Counted from the first letter of the stretch, positions 21,090-31,989 are shown. The stretch: DNA of 59,200 bases from Nitrososphaeraceae archaeon (GCA_036380415.1 DASVEV010000025.1:1-59200); one strand, 5' to 3'. Numbers and translations are program-made. The notes: a model not told the origin generated them from the sequence alone.

Positions 21090-21293
21090 ATTTTAGCATA
21101 AATATCAAGTTAGTTTATGAAATTTATGTAATATTATATTTGTGGAGATAGCAAATGTTAATAAATTATATAATAATAGTAATTATATATGGTAAAAAAT
21201 ATTAATAAATTTTTGTAGTAAAAAAATACTAAAAAATGTTATAAATATAAATCACGATAATTTTAATACGCAGATGTATGTTATCAAAAATAA

Positions 21294-22088
21294 GTGCAAA
21301 CAAATCATCAAGAAATATTTGAAACAAAGAATATGTACACCATTTCAATAATTATTCCCACGTATAATGAATCAGAAAATATTATAAGATTATTAGATAA
21401 AATTAAAGAAAATTTAGCTCCTAATGTTTTTACAGAAATTATAATAGTGGATGATAATTCTCCAGATGGTACTAGTAATGTTGCACAAAATTACATAGAT
21501 GGTGATGTTAGACCTAAAAGAGGAAATGCAAATTTTAAAGAAAAGCCATATTCAATTAAAATTATTAATAGAAAAGTCAAAAATGGTTTAATTCCAGCTA
21601 TCTTAGAAGGGGTCAAATCATCCTGTGGTGATTATGTCCTCATTATGGATGCAGATTTTTCTCATCCACCTGAAATGATACCAAAAATAATAGAAAAATT
21701 GCTAGATAATTCTAATTCAATAGTTATAGCTTCTCGTTATACAAAGGATGGATCTATAGTTGGATGGCCATTTAAAAGGCGACTGATAAGTAAAGCTGCA
21801 GCTGTTATTGCGAAATTTGGTCTAAATGTAAATAATGTTACAGATCCAATGTCGGGTTTTTTTGCCGTGCCTAGACCTATTCTCGAAAATCTAAAAATAG
21901 ATACAAAGGGTTATAAAATCCTGCTAGAAATACTTGTAAAATCAAAAGATATTCCAATATTCGAGCTACCGTATACTTTCATGGATAGAAAATCAGGTAA
22001 AAGCAAGATGGGATCTAGTGTGATTTTTGACTATATAGGTTCAGTATGGCAGTTATATAGGTATGGACGCAATCAACAAAAGAAATAA
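21294..22088 (+). CDS. polyprenol/dolichol-phosphate sugar (mannose) synthase, GT2 DPM1-like
   Basis: IIPTYNESEN, VDDNSPDGT, MDADFSHPP, ASRY..DG, DPMSGF, GYKILLE, R..G.SK. Confidence 0.92.
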   Translation: MQTNHQEIFETKNMYTISIIIPTYNESENIIRLLDKIKENLAPNVFTEIIIVDDNSPDGTSNVAQNYIDGDVRPKRGNANFKEKPYSIKIINRKVKNGLIPAILEGVKSSCGDYVLIMDADFSHPPEMIPKIIEKLLDNSNSIVIASRYTKDGSIVGWPFKRRLISKAAAVIAKFGLNVNNVTDPMSGFFAVPRPILENLKIDTKGYKILLEILVKSKDIPIFELPYTFMDRKSGKSKMGSSVIFDYIGSVWQLYRYGRNQQKK

Positions 22089-22182
22089 ATTTGTTGATTC
22101 TTGCATTATGGATACAAAGATGATTATTAGAATCAAGAAATCTTCTAGTTAATTCTTTGTCATATATGATGGGTGATTAATT

Positions 22183-23715
22183 TTGAATCAAATGACTAAA
22201 AGTAGTGGTCCTAGGAATAAAAAAATCCTTTTAATTTTCATACCTCTAGTATTAAGTTCTTTTACAAGTCTCTGGAATATAACAGGTTTTCCTAGTCTCC
22301 ATGTGGATGAGGGTCATTATATGCGTAAAGCTATGTCTACATTGGAAGGGGAAGGTCTTCAACCACAAGATAGATATTTTGCTCCATATTTTGGACAAGT
22401 GTTATTGGCTGGTATCCTAGGAATAATTGGTTATCCTGATATCTTAAATCCATCTCCAGATGCCGATTCAGTAGAATCACTTTATTTTATTCCAAGACTC
22501 ATTATGGGTTTATTTGCTATATTAGATACGTTGCTAATATACAAAATTACAGAAAAACGATATGGGTTTAAAATAGCACTCTTAGCATCTATTCTATTTG
22601 CAGTCATACCATATGGGTGGTTATTAAGAAGAATATTTTTAGAGTCTATACAACTTCCTCTGCTATTGACTTCTATACTATTAGCCCTTTATATAAAAAG
22701 TAACTCAAACCAAGAACAAAATAATAATCTAGGAATACGAAATATATCTTTAATTTTATTATCTGGGGTATTTCTTGGTCTAGCGATATTTACAAAGATT
22801 CCAATTTTTGTTATGATGCCATTAGTTGGATATATTGTAATGACTAATAGTGGCAACAATAAATTAAAAAGTTTTGGACTTTGGCTTTTACCAGTTATTT
22901 TAATACCTATGATATGGCCTGCACACGCTTATTCTATCGGTGATTTTGACACTTGGATAGAAGATGTATTACATCAAACTCAAAGGGAGAGTAAACCTCT
23001 AATTAATTCTCTAGCTACTTTCCTTCAAAATGATCCCTTAACATTTTCATTGGGGATGGCCGGAATTCTTTATGCTGCAGTTAGAAGAGATTTCTTCATA
23101 TTGTTATTTAGTATACCATTTCTTTTGTTCCTATATTGGCTTGACTTTGTATCTTCATTCCATGTAGTTCCTTTATTTCCTGTATTTGCTATTGCTGCAG
23201 CAAGGTTAATTGTAGATTTATCCAACCTGATACCTATCTCTAAAATCAGAAATACTATTCCGTATTTCGTGGTATCAGTTATTGCTATTGTTGGATTAAT
23301 TTCGATTTTTTCATTAATTACAATTGATGCTAATTCTGTAATAATTAAGACACATGCTGTATTGATACAACATTTACAACAAAGAAATGATACTGTGACT
23401 ATGATAGGAAATCCTCTTTACATATGGATGCCTAGACATGTTTTTGATCTTTCTTATCAAGATAGAAGTTATTATTCTACAAGACCTTTAGATACACCAT
23501 ATTTCATAGTAATCGATGATTCAGGTTATAAAAAGATAATTAAAGAAGAGAGTAAGAGAGGTAATTTTCATAAAAACTTATACAATCAGACTCATCTAGT
23601 GGAAAGTGTTAAACCAAATAATACTTTACCAAAATACAAAACTAATATTTATCCATATACAAATTTGAAACAATCTCCAATATTGAAACAACTTGATATA
23701 AGAGCAAACTACTAA
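22183..23715 (+). CDS. GT-C fold membrane glycosyltransferase (ArnT/PMT, GT39/83-like)
   Basis: First loop HVDEGHY (DE motif), RL..GLF..LD, GLAIFTK, many TM helices, soluble C-terminal domain. Confidence 0.85.
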   Translation: MNQMTKSSGPRNKKILLIFIPLVLSSFTSLWNITGFPSLHVDEGHYMRKAMSTLEGEGLQPQDRYFAPYFGQVLLAGILGIIGYPDILNPSPDADSVESLYFIPRLIMGLFAILDTLLIYKITEKRYGFKIALLASILFAVIPYGWLLRRIFLESIQLPLLLTSILLALYIKSNSNQEQNNNLGIRNISLILLSGVFLGLAIFTKIPIFVMMPLVGYIVMTNSGNNKLKSFGLWLLPVILIPMIWPAHAYSIGDFDTWIEDVLHQTQRESKPLINSLATFLQNDPLTFSLGMAGILYAAVRRDFFILLFSIPFLLFLYWLDFVSSFHVVPLFPVFAIAAARLIVDLSNLIPISKIRNTIPYFVVSVIAIVGLISIFSLITIDANSVIIKTHAVLIQHLQQRNDTVTMIGNPLYIWMPRHVFDLSYQDRSYYSTRPLDTPYFIVIDDSGYKKIIKEESKRGNFHKNLYNQTHLVESVKPNNTLPKYKTNIYPYTNLKQSPILKQLDIRANY

Positions 23716-23892
23716 GCTATAAAAATAATAAATAAATATTTGTCCATATGTAGGGATATAAAGATAAATTATAAGAGAAAATAATTAAATATTATTACTT
23801 TTTAGTTTTTTGATAATAATAATAATAGATATGTCTTTATAAATTTTTTATTGGTATAGATTCAAATATGATGTATTCCAATGACTTAATGC

Positions 23893-25239
23893 ATGTATAA
23901 TAATCATTACACTACAATGATCTCTCTAATATTACTTATTACTGTTGTAACGTGTGCCAGTTTAATATATATAGATAATATTGGTGAAATAGAGGCTCAG
24001 TCGACGAAAAAATTAAAACAAGAGCCTTCTATACCAATACTAAAAGATACTAATTTAAAAACAGAATTAATTGTTGATAAATTGAAGTTTCCTTCTGGAA
24101 TGGAGTTTATAGGAAATGATGATCTTTTAGTTATAGAAAAAAATACGGGAAAAGTGAAACGTGTAACTAATGGAGAGGTCGTTGGTGATCTTTTAGATTT
24201 AAATGTAGCAACAAAGAGTGAAAGAGGTTTATTAGGTATAGCTGTATTGGATATATCTAAAACCAAACATGCTAGTAATTATAATCCCGATGACAAATTT
24301 GTTTTTCTTTTTGTAACTGAAACAGAGAACGAAGATGATGGGGAAATTTTAGGAAATCGGGTATACAGATTTGATTTTGTGAATGACACTCTAATAAACC
24401 CTGTCCTGCTCCTTGATCTACCTTATTTACCAGGCCCTTCACATAATGGAGGAGTTATGAAAATTGGCCCCGATAATAATTTGTATATTATTATGGGTGA
24501 CTTAAATAGATTAAAAGATCCAACCGGTGATACTATTGCTTCAAATCTAGAGGGGACATCTTTACCTGATGGTAGAGGAGGAGTCCTACGCATAACACCT
24601 GATGGAGAAACTGTCAATGATGGGTTTACCTTAGGAGAGGGAGGACTTTTAGACAAATATTATGGATATGGTGTAAGAAATAGTTTTGGAATTGGTTTTG
24701 ATAATGTTACCGGATTTTTATGGGATACTGAAAATGGATCTCATTATGGTGATGAAATTAATATCATCAAACCTGGATTTAATAGTGGATGGAGACAGGT
24801 GTTAGGATTATCTTCTATGTATAGTGAATTTTCTGATAAGGAGTTTGACAAAAGTAAATTAATGAATTTCAATGGTAATGGTAAATATTATGATCCTGTA
24901 TTAACATGGAATGACACGATAGCCCCAACAACCATTGCATTTATTCATTCTTCAACGTTAGGACAAAAATATATGGATGATGTGTTAGTAGGTGGCGTAA
25001 AAAATGGAACCCTACTACATTTTGACCTTAATCAAACAAGAACAGGATTGCAATTAGAAGGATCTTTGTCTGATAAAGTGGTAAATAAACCTGATGAATT
25101 AGATTCTGTGATTTTTGGAACAGGTTTTGACATAATAACCGATATCAAGATAGATCCTATAGATGGAGATGTTTATGTCTTGGCAGCAAATACTAAGAAT
25201 GGTAAAATTTATAAAATTTTCAAGGTTGGTGATGATTGA
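23893..25239 (+). CDS. secreted PQQ-dependent glucose/sorbosone (sugar) dehydrogenase
   Basis: N-terminal signal/TM, ERGLLGIA, HNGG...GPD, YGVRNSFG, TENG...DEIN...GFNSGW. Confidence 0.9.
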   Translation: MYNNHYTTMISLILLITVVTCASLIYIDNIGEIEAQSTKKLKQEPSIPILKDTNLKTELIVDKLKFPSGMEFIGNDDLLVIEKNTGKVKRVTNGEVVGDLLDLNVATKSERGLLGIAVLDISKTKHASNYNPDDKFVFLFVTETENEDDGEILGNRVYRFDFVNDTLINPVLLLDLPYLPGPSHNGGVMKIGPDNNLYIIMGDLNRLKDPTGDTIASNLEGTSLPDGRGGVLRITPDGETVNDGFTLGEGGLLDKYYGYGVRNSFGIGFDNVTGFLWDTENGSHYGDEINIIKPGFNSGWRQVLGLSSMYSEFSDKEFDKSKLMNFNGNGKYYDPVLTWNDTIAPTTIAFIHSSTLGQKYMDDVLVGGVKNGTLLHFDLNQTRTGLQLEGSLSDKVVNKPDELDSVIFGTGFDIITDIKIDPIDGDVYVLAANTKNGKIYKIFKVGDD

Positions 25240-25871
25240 GATTCTAACTTATCAAAATACTGTTACTTTAAACACAACTTTTATTTTATCAATTATAATT
25301 TTTACTATCCTGTTACAAATTACAAACTCCTTAAGTAAATTTGCTATTACCATTAATAGAAAATAAATCATTGAATGACTATATATAAATAATTAAATCT
25401 TAAAAAATAAGACACATACTTATATCTGTATATCTGATAATTATAAATTTTGAAGCTCCTGATAATGCTATATTTCTCTTATCAAAAACCATTTAGAAAT
25501 AAAAAGCTCAGATCCTAGCCCAATAATAATAAGGCTTTTAGTATTATTGAAGTTAAAAATAATATTTTGGAAGAAGGTATAAAATATTTTACTCATTGGT
25601 TATCAGCTGAAGATGGAAATAGTAAAAAATGGGAGTATTCAATTGACTCAAATATTTGAAAAAGATAAAAGCTAATAATACAGGATAATTTTAAGAAATA
25701 TTGATATCAAGGTTATTTGATAATGGTGTTCCATTGTGTACTTTATGTGATAGTTCTGAATATGCCCATAGTAGGTTTGCAATCTATTTGTACTGAACAA
25801 AATCTTCCTCTCTAGTATTTTAGCTTGTAGGTACCTAGGTGATTGAATTTTTAATGGTTCGATTATATCTT

Positions 25872-26036
25872 TTATCTGTTATCATAATGTTCTTCATTAT
25901 GTAGCCCATTAGATCTGATAAATCTTAATAATTCTGTAGAATCATCAATATTATAATATTTTTTCATTTTTTCCAAGGTCTCATCATCATAAATCCTTGG
26001 TTTTTGGATCCTTTTTTCTTTCTCACTTTCTCTCAT
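25872..26036 (-). CDS. small charged hypothetical protein (54 aa)
   Basis: Manual translation MRESEKEKRIQKPRIYDDETLEKMKKYYNIDDSTELLRFIRSNGLHNEEHYDNR*; A-rich tract plus CTTAAGTA TATA-like box about 29 nt upstream of ATG. Confidence 0.45.
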   Translation of the reverse strand: MRESEKEKRIQKPRIYDDETLEKMKKYYNIDDSTELLRFIRSNGLHNEEHYDNR

Positions 26037-26282
26037 ACTATTTTTTTACATTTATAATACTTAAGTTTTTATAAATTATCTATAACAATAGAACAGTCTT
26101 ACTAATTTTTTGAAACACTCATAATAAACATTTATCAAAGAAAAAGAGAATATCACTAAAAAAAAATTCTTACCTGAATACAATACTGTTTTTGATTATA
26201 TGGTATGGTCTGTTAGATTGAAAAAATTGTTTAGTAAAACTTAGTTTTATTTTATCGATCACGAGATGAATCTTTTATAAAT

Positions 26283-28223
26283 TTAAATTTTCGTTTGTTG
26301 TTTATTTATTTCTCTGTTTTTTCTTTTTTTTCTTATTAAAAAGAAAATACCGATAGATATTAAAATTAAAATAGATAGGATTATAATAGTAATTAAAATT
26401 GGTGTAGTCGTTAATTCAAACTCCAGTCTATATGATAATTGATCATTTTTCAAATTAAATTCTGTAGTACTGTTATTATTATCAATTGTTATTAGATCTT
26501 TTATCTCTTTGTTCACCTTTACCAGTACTTGATTTCCTGGATTAAATCCTCCTACAACAAATTTTGTCTCAATTCCTAATTCAGGGTATACTAAATCAAT
26601 CCTTTTGTATTCTTTATTTTTTTCTAAATCATAGTTTACTTTTGTGATATTTACATAGGATGACTCTGGGTTCACAGACATATCAATAGTTTTTAATTTG
26701 GTAAAATTATTATTAGAATTAAGTATTATTGTATTATTTTGTTTATAGACTGTATTAGTAATATTATTCCCATCAATAATTTTATTCATTGTATCAGTTA
26801 TTATCATGTTACTTTTTTTATCATTCAGCAAGAATTCAGTATAATTAAAAAAAGAATTTATTATCCTGTTATCCTTGGATTGTCTTACAAAGAAATCATC
26901 ATTTTGATTATTTTCTATTATATTATTTTCTAATATGTTATTAGATGTTTTATCAAATTTTAAGCCATAGTTAGGTCCTTCAGCAATGTAGTTATTTATC
27001 AATTTATTGTTATTAGTTCCAAAATCTGCAATATTTACTCCACTATTCAGAGACCTTTTTATATTATTGCCTTGAATTATATTATTAGTAGAATTATTGT
27101 ATATGTTTATCCCATAGTTATTGCTGTTGGTTATGTTATTTGAATTAATGAGATTATTCTTTGTATTCTTCAGGAAAATTCCATTACCATTTCCTACAAA
27201 GTTATTCATTATTATATCATTTTTTGATGATTCAGCAACCATCATTCCCATTGTGTTGGATCTAATATTGTTTGATTCAACATAATTTATGCTCGAATTT
27301 CTTTCTAATAGAATTCCAATACCGATATTATTTTCTAAAATGTTATTCTTTATTTTTATATTATTACAATCTTTTTTACAAACTATGGCATGTAAATTGT
27401 TTTCATAAATTCTGTTTTCTAGTATGTCGATATTGTTTGTATTTGAGGCCAAGTTAATACCATCAAACTGGCTTCTTGAAATACTGTTATTCTTTATAGA
27501 GATATTCGAAACTTCATTGGCTAAGTGTAATCCAAAATAATTATTAATTATTGTGTTGTTTTGAATTAGACTACCATCACCAGAAAAAAATGTTATTCCT
27601 GTTGTGCCTAAATGACTTTTATATCCTAGGTTTTCAAAAAATGAATTCGTGATATTAGTTTTTCCTGCCGAGTTCCAGAATGTCCATATATAAGCTCGTG
27701 GAGTTTCAGGAGTGCTTAATTCAGGAACTTCATTACTTGTTGAATTCCATGATGTTATATTTGTATTATCTATAATCAAATTGCCCCTTGAAATTAAAGA
27801 ATACGCAATATCATTGGAAGAATCAGAATCTATTTTAAGTATTTGAGTGTTCAGACCACTAATATTTAATGTGCCGTTTTCAAGTATCAAAATATTAGAC
27901 TTCAATAGCCATTCTTTTTCTCCTGTCATTTCTAGAATATCCGAGTTATTATTAAAAAAATCATTAATAGTAGGAACATCTACTGTCCCATTACAAACTA
28001 CGATAGTTTTTGTAATGTTTTCATATCTCAAACAAATATCTTGCTTACTGATGGGATTATTATTACTTTTTATAACCTTATTATTTTCAGATTCAGAATT
28101 ATTAGTTAATGGACTGTGAATATCAACTGCAAATGAAGTATCTATACTATTAGCTAAAATTAAAATTAACAAAGAAGAAAATACAACAATACCTAAAATT
28201 ATAATACTTCTAATACTAAACAC
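26283..28223 (-). CDS. right-handed beta-helix (NosD/CASH) protein with AlgG (mannuronan C5-epimerase)-like N-terminal region, membrane anchored
   Basis: Signal peptide; GNLIIDNTNITSW...PRAYI...NSFFENLGY resembles AlgG; many I.NN.I repeats; C-terminal TM plus RKKRK. Confidence 0.8.
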   Translation of the reverse strand: MFSIRSIIILGIVVFSSLLILILANSIDTSFAVDIHSPLTNNSESENNKVIKSNNNPISKQDICLRYENITKTIVVCNGTVDVPTINDFFNNNSDILEMTGEKEWLLKSNILILENGTLNISGLNTQILKIDSDSSNDIAYSLISRGNLIIDNTNITSWNSTSNEVPELSTPETPRAYIWTFWNSAGKTNITNSFFENLGYKSHLGTTGITFFSGDGSLIQNNTIINNYFGLHLANEVSNISIKNNSISRSQFDGINLASNTNNIDILENRIYENNLHAIVCKKDCNNIKIKNNILENNIGIGILLERNSSINYVESNNIRSNTMGMMVAESSKNDIIMNNFVGNGNGIFLKNTKNNLINSNNITNSNNYGINIYNNSTNNIIQGNNIKRSLNSGVNIADFGTNNNKLINNYIAEGPNYGLKFDKTSNNILENNIIENNQNDDFFVRQSKDNRIINSFFNYTEFLLNDKKSNMIITDTMNKIIDGNNITNTVYKQNNTIILNSNNNFTKLKTIDMSVNPESSYVNITKVNYDLEKNKEYKRIDLVYPELGIETKFVVGGFNPGNQVLVKVNKEIKDLITIDNNNSTTEFNLKNDQLSYRLEFELTTTPILITIIILSILILISIGIFFLIRKKRKNREINKQQTKI

Positions 28224-28371
28224 TTGCGTTACTACATTAAATTAATATGCTATATAAATGACGACAAAATTAAAGGTAGTTATTATCTATTTTTTTTAAA
28301 TAACATACTTCTAGTAAGAAGGGGGGGAAGAGACACACATTTATATAAAATTAATCAAGTAATATTGGTTT

Positions 28372-29703
28372 ATGAAATTACAGCGTGTAGTTAAAGATAA
28401 TACAGTTAAATATCTTGTCTTATTCTTTTTTACTTTGCTCGTCTCCAATACCATTTTTTATACTTTACCTTTACAGCAAATATCTGGTGGTGTCGCCAAT
28501 AATGCAACCACCGATAGCGGTCCACCGTATAATGGTGTTAATATGCATGGCTTTTATACTAGAACATCTCAAGCTAGAGAAACAAATTATGATCTTCCAA
28601 ATAATTATTTTGAAGAGAGTTTTAAGATCCTTTCCTCTAATGGCTTAAATCATGTTCGATTCTTGATTTTCTGGGAATCCTTTGTAAAAAATCCTACGGA
28701 ATTCATTGAAGAATTAAAGACAGTTGCAAATACTGCTGATAAATACAATATTAAAGTTCTATATGATAACCACCAGTTTCATACATCGTCTTATCTCAAT
28801 CCTCAACGAGGTACTGGTTTTCCCTTTTCATTATTTGAAGCCGATTTTGCCTTTTTCTATGGAAGTGGTGGTGGTACGAAATATCCTACCGCTAAGGTAT
28901 GGTGGACAAATTGGTGGGATAGAAATGTTCGTGACAAAGATGCAAACGATGGTTGGACCTTACAAACAGAATTCTTCAAAAAAGTTCTGGATACTGTTGA
29001 TAACCATACAAGTACTGTAGGCTATGAAATTTTAAGTGAACCACAAGTCCATGATAAGAATCAATGGGAAAAAATACAAAAATATAATACATTTATCGCA
29101 GATTTTCTGAGAAAATATACAGATAAAACTATTGCATATAGTATGAATATTCCTGTATCTTTACAAAGTCCTATTGAATTAAATCCAATTAATCTAGCAA
29201 AAATGGCACCAAAGAATGTGAGTAATTTAGTATTTAAAATAAGCGTATACGGAGTCCCACAAGAAAATGAGTATCAGGAATCAAGATTGAGTAATTTTGT
29301 TCAAGCCGCTGAACTGGCAAATGTTTCACTATACGTAGGAGAATGGAATAATGTTCAGAGAGATAAAATTATTGATGAAGAAGGAGAAATTGTCACATTT
29401 ATAAATGAAACATTTAGCAGTATTAATCAAAGTGAAGCAACCAAATTAGTAGATGTGTTTAAGAATCTTGATGTATGGGGCTCTGCCTTTTGGCAATGGA
29501 GAGTAGATTCTCATCAAGTACAAAACTTTAACTTGATTAATATAACCAATGGAAAGATAGAAACTACGCCTTATTTTGATATAGTAAAAACTGCATACCA
29601 GGCAATTTATGGAGATAATAGCAAAGGTACCTCTTTTAATACTAACAATAGTACTCTAAACCAGCAGGAAGATCAAGTAAATGTAATTGGAACAAAAGAA
29701 TGA
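28372..29703 (+). CDS. membrane-anchored clan GH-A (GH5/cellulase-like) glycoside hydrolase
   Basis: N-terminal TM; GLNHVRF...WES, YDNHQ, acid/base GYEILSEP, nucleophile LYVGEWN, AFWQW. Confidence 0.82.
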   Translation: MKLQRVVKDNTVKYLVLFFFTLLVSNTIFYTLPLQQISGGVANNATTDSGPPYNGVNMHGFYTRTSQARETNYDLPNNYFEESFKILSSNGLNHVRFLIFWESFVKNPTEFIEELKTVANTADKYNIKVLYDNHQFHTSSYLNPQRGTGFPFSLFEADFAFFYGSGGGTKYPTAKVWWTNWWDRNVRDKDANDGWTLQTEFFKKVLDTVDNHTSTVGYEILSEPQVHDKNQWEKIQKYNTFIADFLRKYTDKTIAYSMNIPVSLQSPIELNPINLAKMAPKNVSNLVFKISVYGVPQENEYQESRLSNFVQAAELANVSLYVGEWNNVQRDKIIDEEGEIVTFINETFSSINQSEATKLVDVFKNLDVWGSAFWQWRVDSHQVQNFNLINITNGKIETTPYFDIVKTAYQAIYGDNSKGTSFNTNNSTLNQQEDQVNVIGTKE

Positions 29704-29778
29704 TGATAAAATTCATAATTCCATAAATGTCATATAGATTGGTAAGTTAATAATTAAATTGAAAGATGTGATAAATAC

Positions 29779-31698
29779 TTAAACCATTATTTGTGGTCGT
29801 TTGGAAAGGTACTTGGGCAAATTTAATGGCATAAATGGTTTATCTTTTGTTTCATTTCTTACAGATTCTATTAATTCTACTATGTTGGATTCAATTTGTT
29901 TTCCGGCTTTACGATCACGTATTACCAAAGTTGTAGATTCAGCTTCTTTATCTCCAATAACTAATATGTATGGAACCCATTCTGTTTCTGCTTCCCGTAT
30001 TCTTTTACCAAGAGATTCTTGTCTGTCATCTATATCTGTTCTTATTTGACTGTTAGAAAGAATATTCTCCATATTTTCTGCAATTCGCAAATGCTCATTC
30101 CTAATAGGTATAATCCTAACTTGGGTATGTGATAACCAAATAGGAAATTGAGGTCTTTGACCCTCTTGTTTTATTTTAGCAGCTTTTTCTAATAGTGTAT
30201 AAATAATTCTTTCTATAGCTCCACTCGGTGAATTATGTAATATTATTGGATTCTTTCTGTTTCCTTGCTCATCTATATATTCAATATTGTATCGTTTTCC
30301 ATTTTCTACATCGATCTGGTCGGTTGATAGTGCGGCTGCTTTTCCTAGACTATCAACATAATTAAATTCCCATTTTAAAATAAAATAAAAAAATCTATCC
30401 TTCCACATTTCAACTAAGATTGGTTTTCCAAATTTTCTAGAAATCTGACCAACAAAATCTTTATTTTCATTATAAAATGATTCAGTAAATCTTATTGCCA
30501 TTTCTATATCTTCAATTTTTATATCAAATCCGTTTAATACGTCTATAGAGAGATCAAACCGTTTTAAACATTCATCTTTCGCTTGTTCTATATCTTTGCA
30601 AAATGCATGACAGTCAGGCATACTGAATGCTCTTAATCTTCTGAGTCCTACGAGTTCTCCACTTTTTTCTCTACGGAAACTATATCTTGTTAACTCATAA
30701 AGTTTCAATGGGAGACTTTTATATGTAATATGAAAATCCTTAGCCATTAAAAATTGACCAAAACATGCTGCAAATCGTAAAAATAATTGTTTATTATCTG
30801 ATAGTATATTATATTGCCTGGCAGGAAAGCGATTGAAATAACTTTCCATAGATGGATGCTTTGTATCATACATTATGGGAGTTTCAACTTCTATTCCGCC
30901 GTATTCAAGAACCTTCCTGGTTACAAACTGTTCTATTAATGATTTCATCAATCTTCCTTTTGGATAGTATCGCATATTACCGGCATCAGAAGCTGGTTCA
31001 TAATCTGCAATAGCCATTTTCTTCATAAGAATTACATGAGGAGGTTGTTCATCGGCAGCTCTCCTTTTTGATGTTTCATATTCTAAAAACCTTTTCAAAT
31101 TACTATTTTTTTCTATTTTGAATCTTTCTAATGGTATTAATACTCCATTTGTATCTAAAATGAACCAGAGAGATTGTTGTTTTTCCTCTGATTTTAAAGC
31201 AGATGAAACAGGCCCTGTATCAAGAAAATGTTGTTTTAGATCCTCTTTCTGAAATTTCTTATCTTTACCTTCAGTAAGAAATTGCTCATCCGAAATTACT
31301 TTAAAATTTTCCGCTAATGGGTGACCTTTTACTTTTATATTGAAGGTCTTAGTCCATCCAAATGGAGCTCTAAAAACCTCGTTTAGTACCTTTCTAGAGT
31401 TTGTTTCCAATTCTTTGATAATTTCAAAAGCATATTTTGGAGAGGCCAAATAAGAACTTAAGTGAGAATAAGGATAAATCAATAATCTATTAATTTTTAA
31501 ATTTTGTGAGTAACTTCTAACTTCTTCTATTGCTTTTTCTATAGTTCTTTTATTATCTCCCTTTTCTACTGATACAAAAACAACTATTAAACTTTCTAAT
31601 CTGATTTTCGATTTTGGTATATCTTTTTCTGCATCATTAAGTTCCTCTTCAATAGGTTCATATTCTATGAAGTCTGCATGCAATTGTAATAAACGCAT
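29779..31698 (-). CDS. thrS: threonine--tRNA ligase (archaeal type with N-terminal editing domain)
   Basis: MRLLQLH, YPYSHLS, RAPFGW, LRFAACFGQF, GLRRLRAF.MPD.H, ILHNSPSGAIER. Confidence 0.97.
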   Translation of the reverse strand: MRLLQLHADFIEYEPIEEELNDAEKDIPKSKIRLESLIVVFVSVEKGDNKRTIEKAIEEVRSYSQNLKINRLLIYPYSHLSSYLASPKYAFEIIKELETNSRKVLNEVFRAPFGWTKTFNIKVKGHPLAENFKVISDEQFLTEGKDKKFQKEDLKQHFLDTGPVSSALKSEEKQQSLWFILDTNGVLIPLERFKIEKNSNLKRFLEYETSKRRAADEQPPHVILMKKMAIADYEPASDAGNMRYYPKGRLMKSLIEQFVTRKVLEYGGIEVETPIMYDTKHPSMESYFNRFPARQYNILSDNKQLFLRFAACFGQFLMAKDFHITYKSLPLKLYELTRYSFRREKSGELVGLRRLRAFSMPDCHAFCKDIEQAKDECLKRFDLSIDVLNGFDIKIEDIEMAIRFTESFYNENKDFVGQISRKFGKPILVEMWKDRFFYFILKWEFNYVDSLGKAAALSTDQIDVENGKRYNIEYIDEQGNRKNPIILHNSPSGAIERIIYTLLEKAAKIKQEGQRPQFPIWLSHTQVRIIPIRNEHLRIAENMENILSNSQIRTDIDDRQESLGKRIREAETEWVPYILVIGDKEAESTTLVIRDRKAGKQIESNIVELIESVRNETKDKPFMPLNLPKYLSKRPQIMV

Positions 31699-31723
31699 CT
31701 TTCATCTTACCTTGTCTAATCTT

Positions 31724-31933
31724 TTATTTCCATCTCGCTCGTTCTGTTTCTCGATCTTCTTTTGTAGCTTTTTTCCATTCTTTATAATGATTTCTACATA
31801 AATAGATTCTTTTATTAGTTGAGGAAATATCCAAGTCATTAGCCATTCTTCCTTTGCTCTCACTCATAGATCTTTCTGCTTGTTCAGTACAGTCTTTTAT
31901 GCTACAGTTAATACCTTTATTTACTCTACCCAT
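31724..31933 (-). CDS. small conserved archaeal Cys/His (putative Zn-binding) protein
   Basis: CSIKDC...YLCRNHYKEWKK; directly upstream of thrS on the same strand. Confidence 0.8.
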   Translation of the reverse strand: MGRVNKGINCSIKDCTEQAERSMSESKGRMANDLDISSTNKRIYLCRNHYKEWKKATKEDRETERARWK

Positions 31934-31989
31934 CTATAGTGAAATTATATTTGAATATAAAAGCTATACCGATTTTTGGTTTTAAATTT

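Noticed and set aside
25163-25366. 67-aa ORF overlapping the end of the PQQ dehydrogenase gene
   Set aside because: Out-of-frame overlap, AT-driven hydrophobic composition, no supporting promoter
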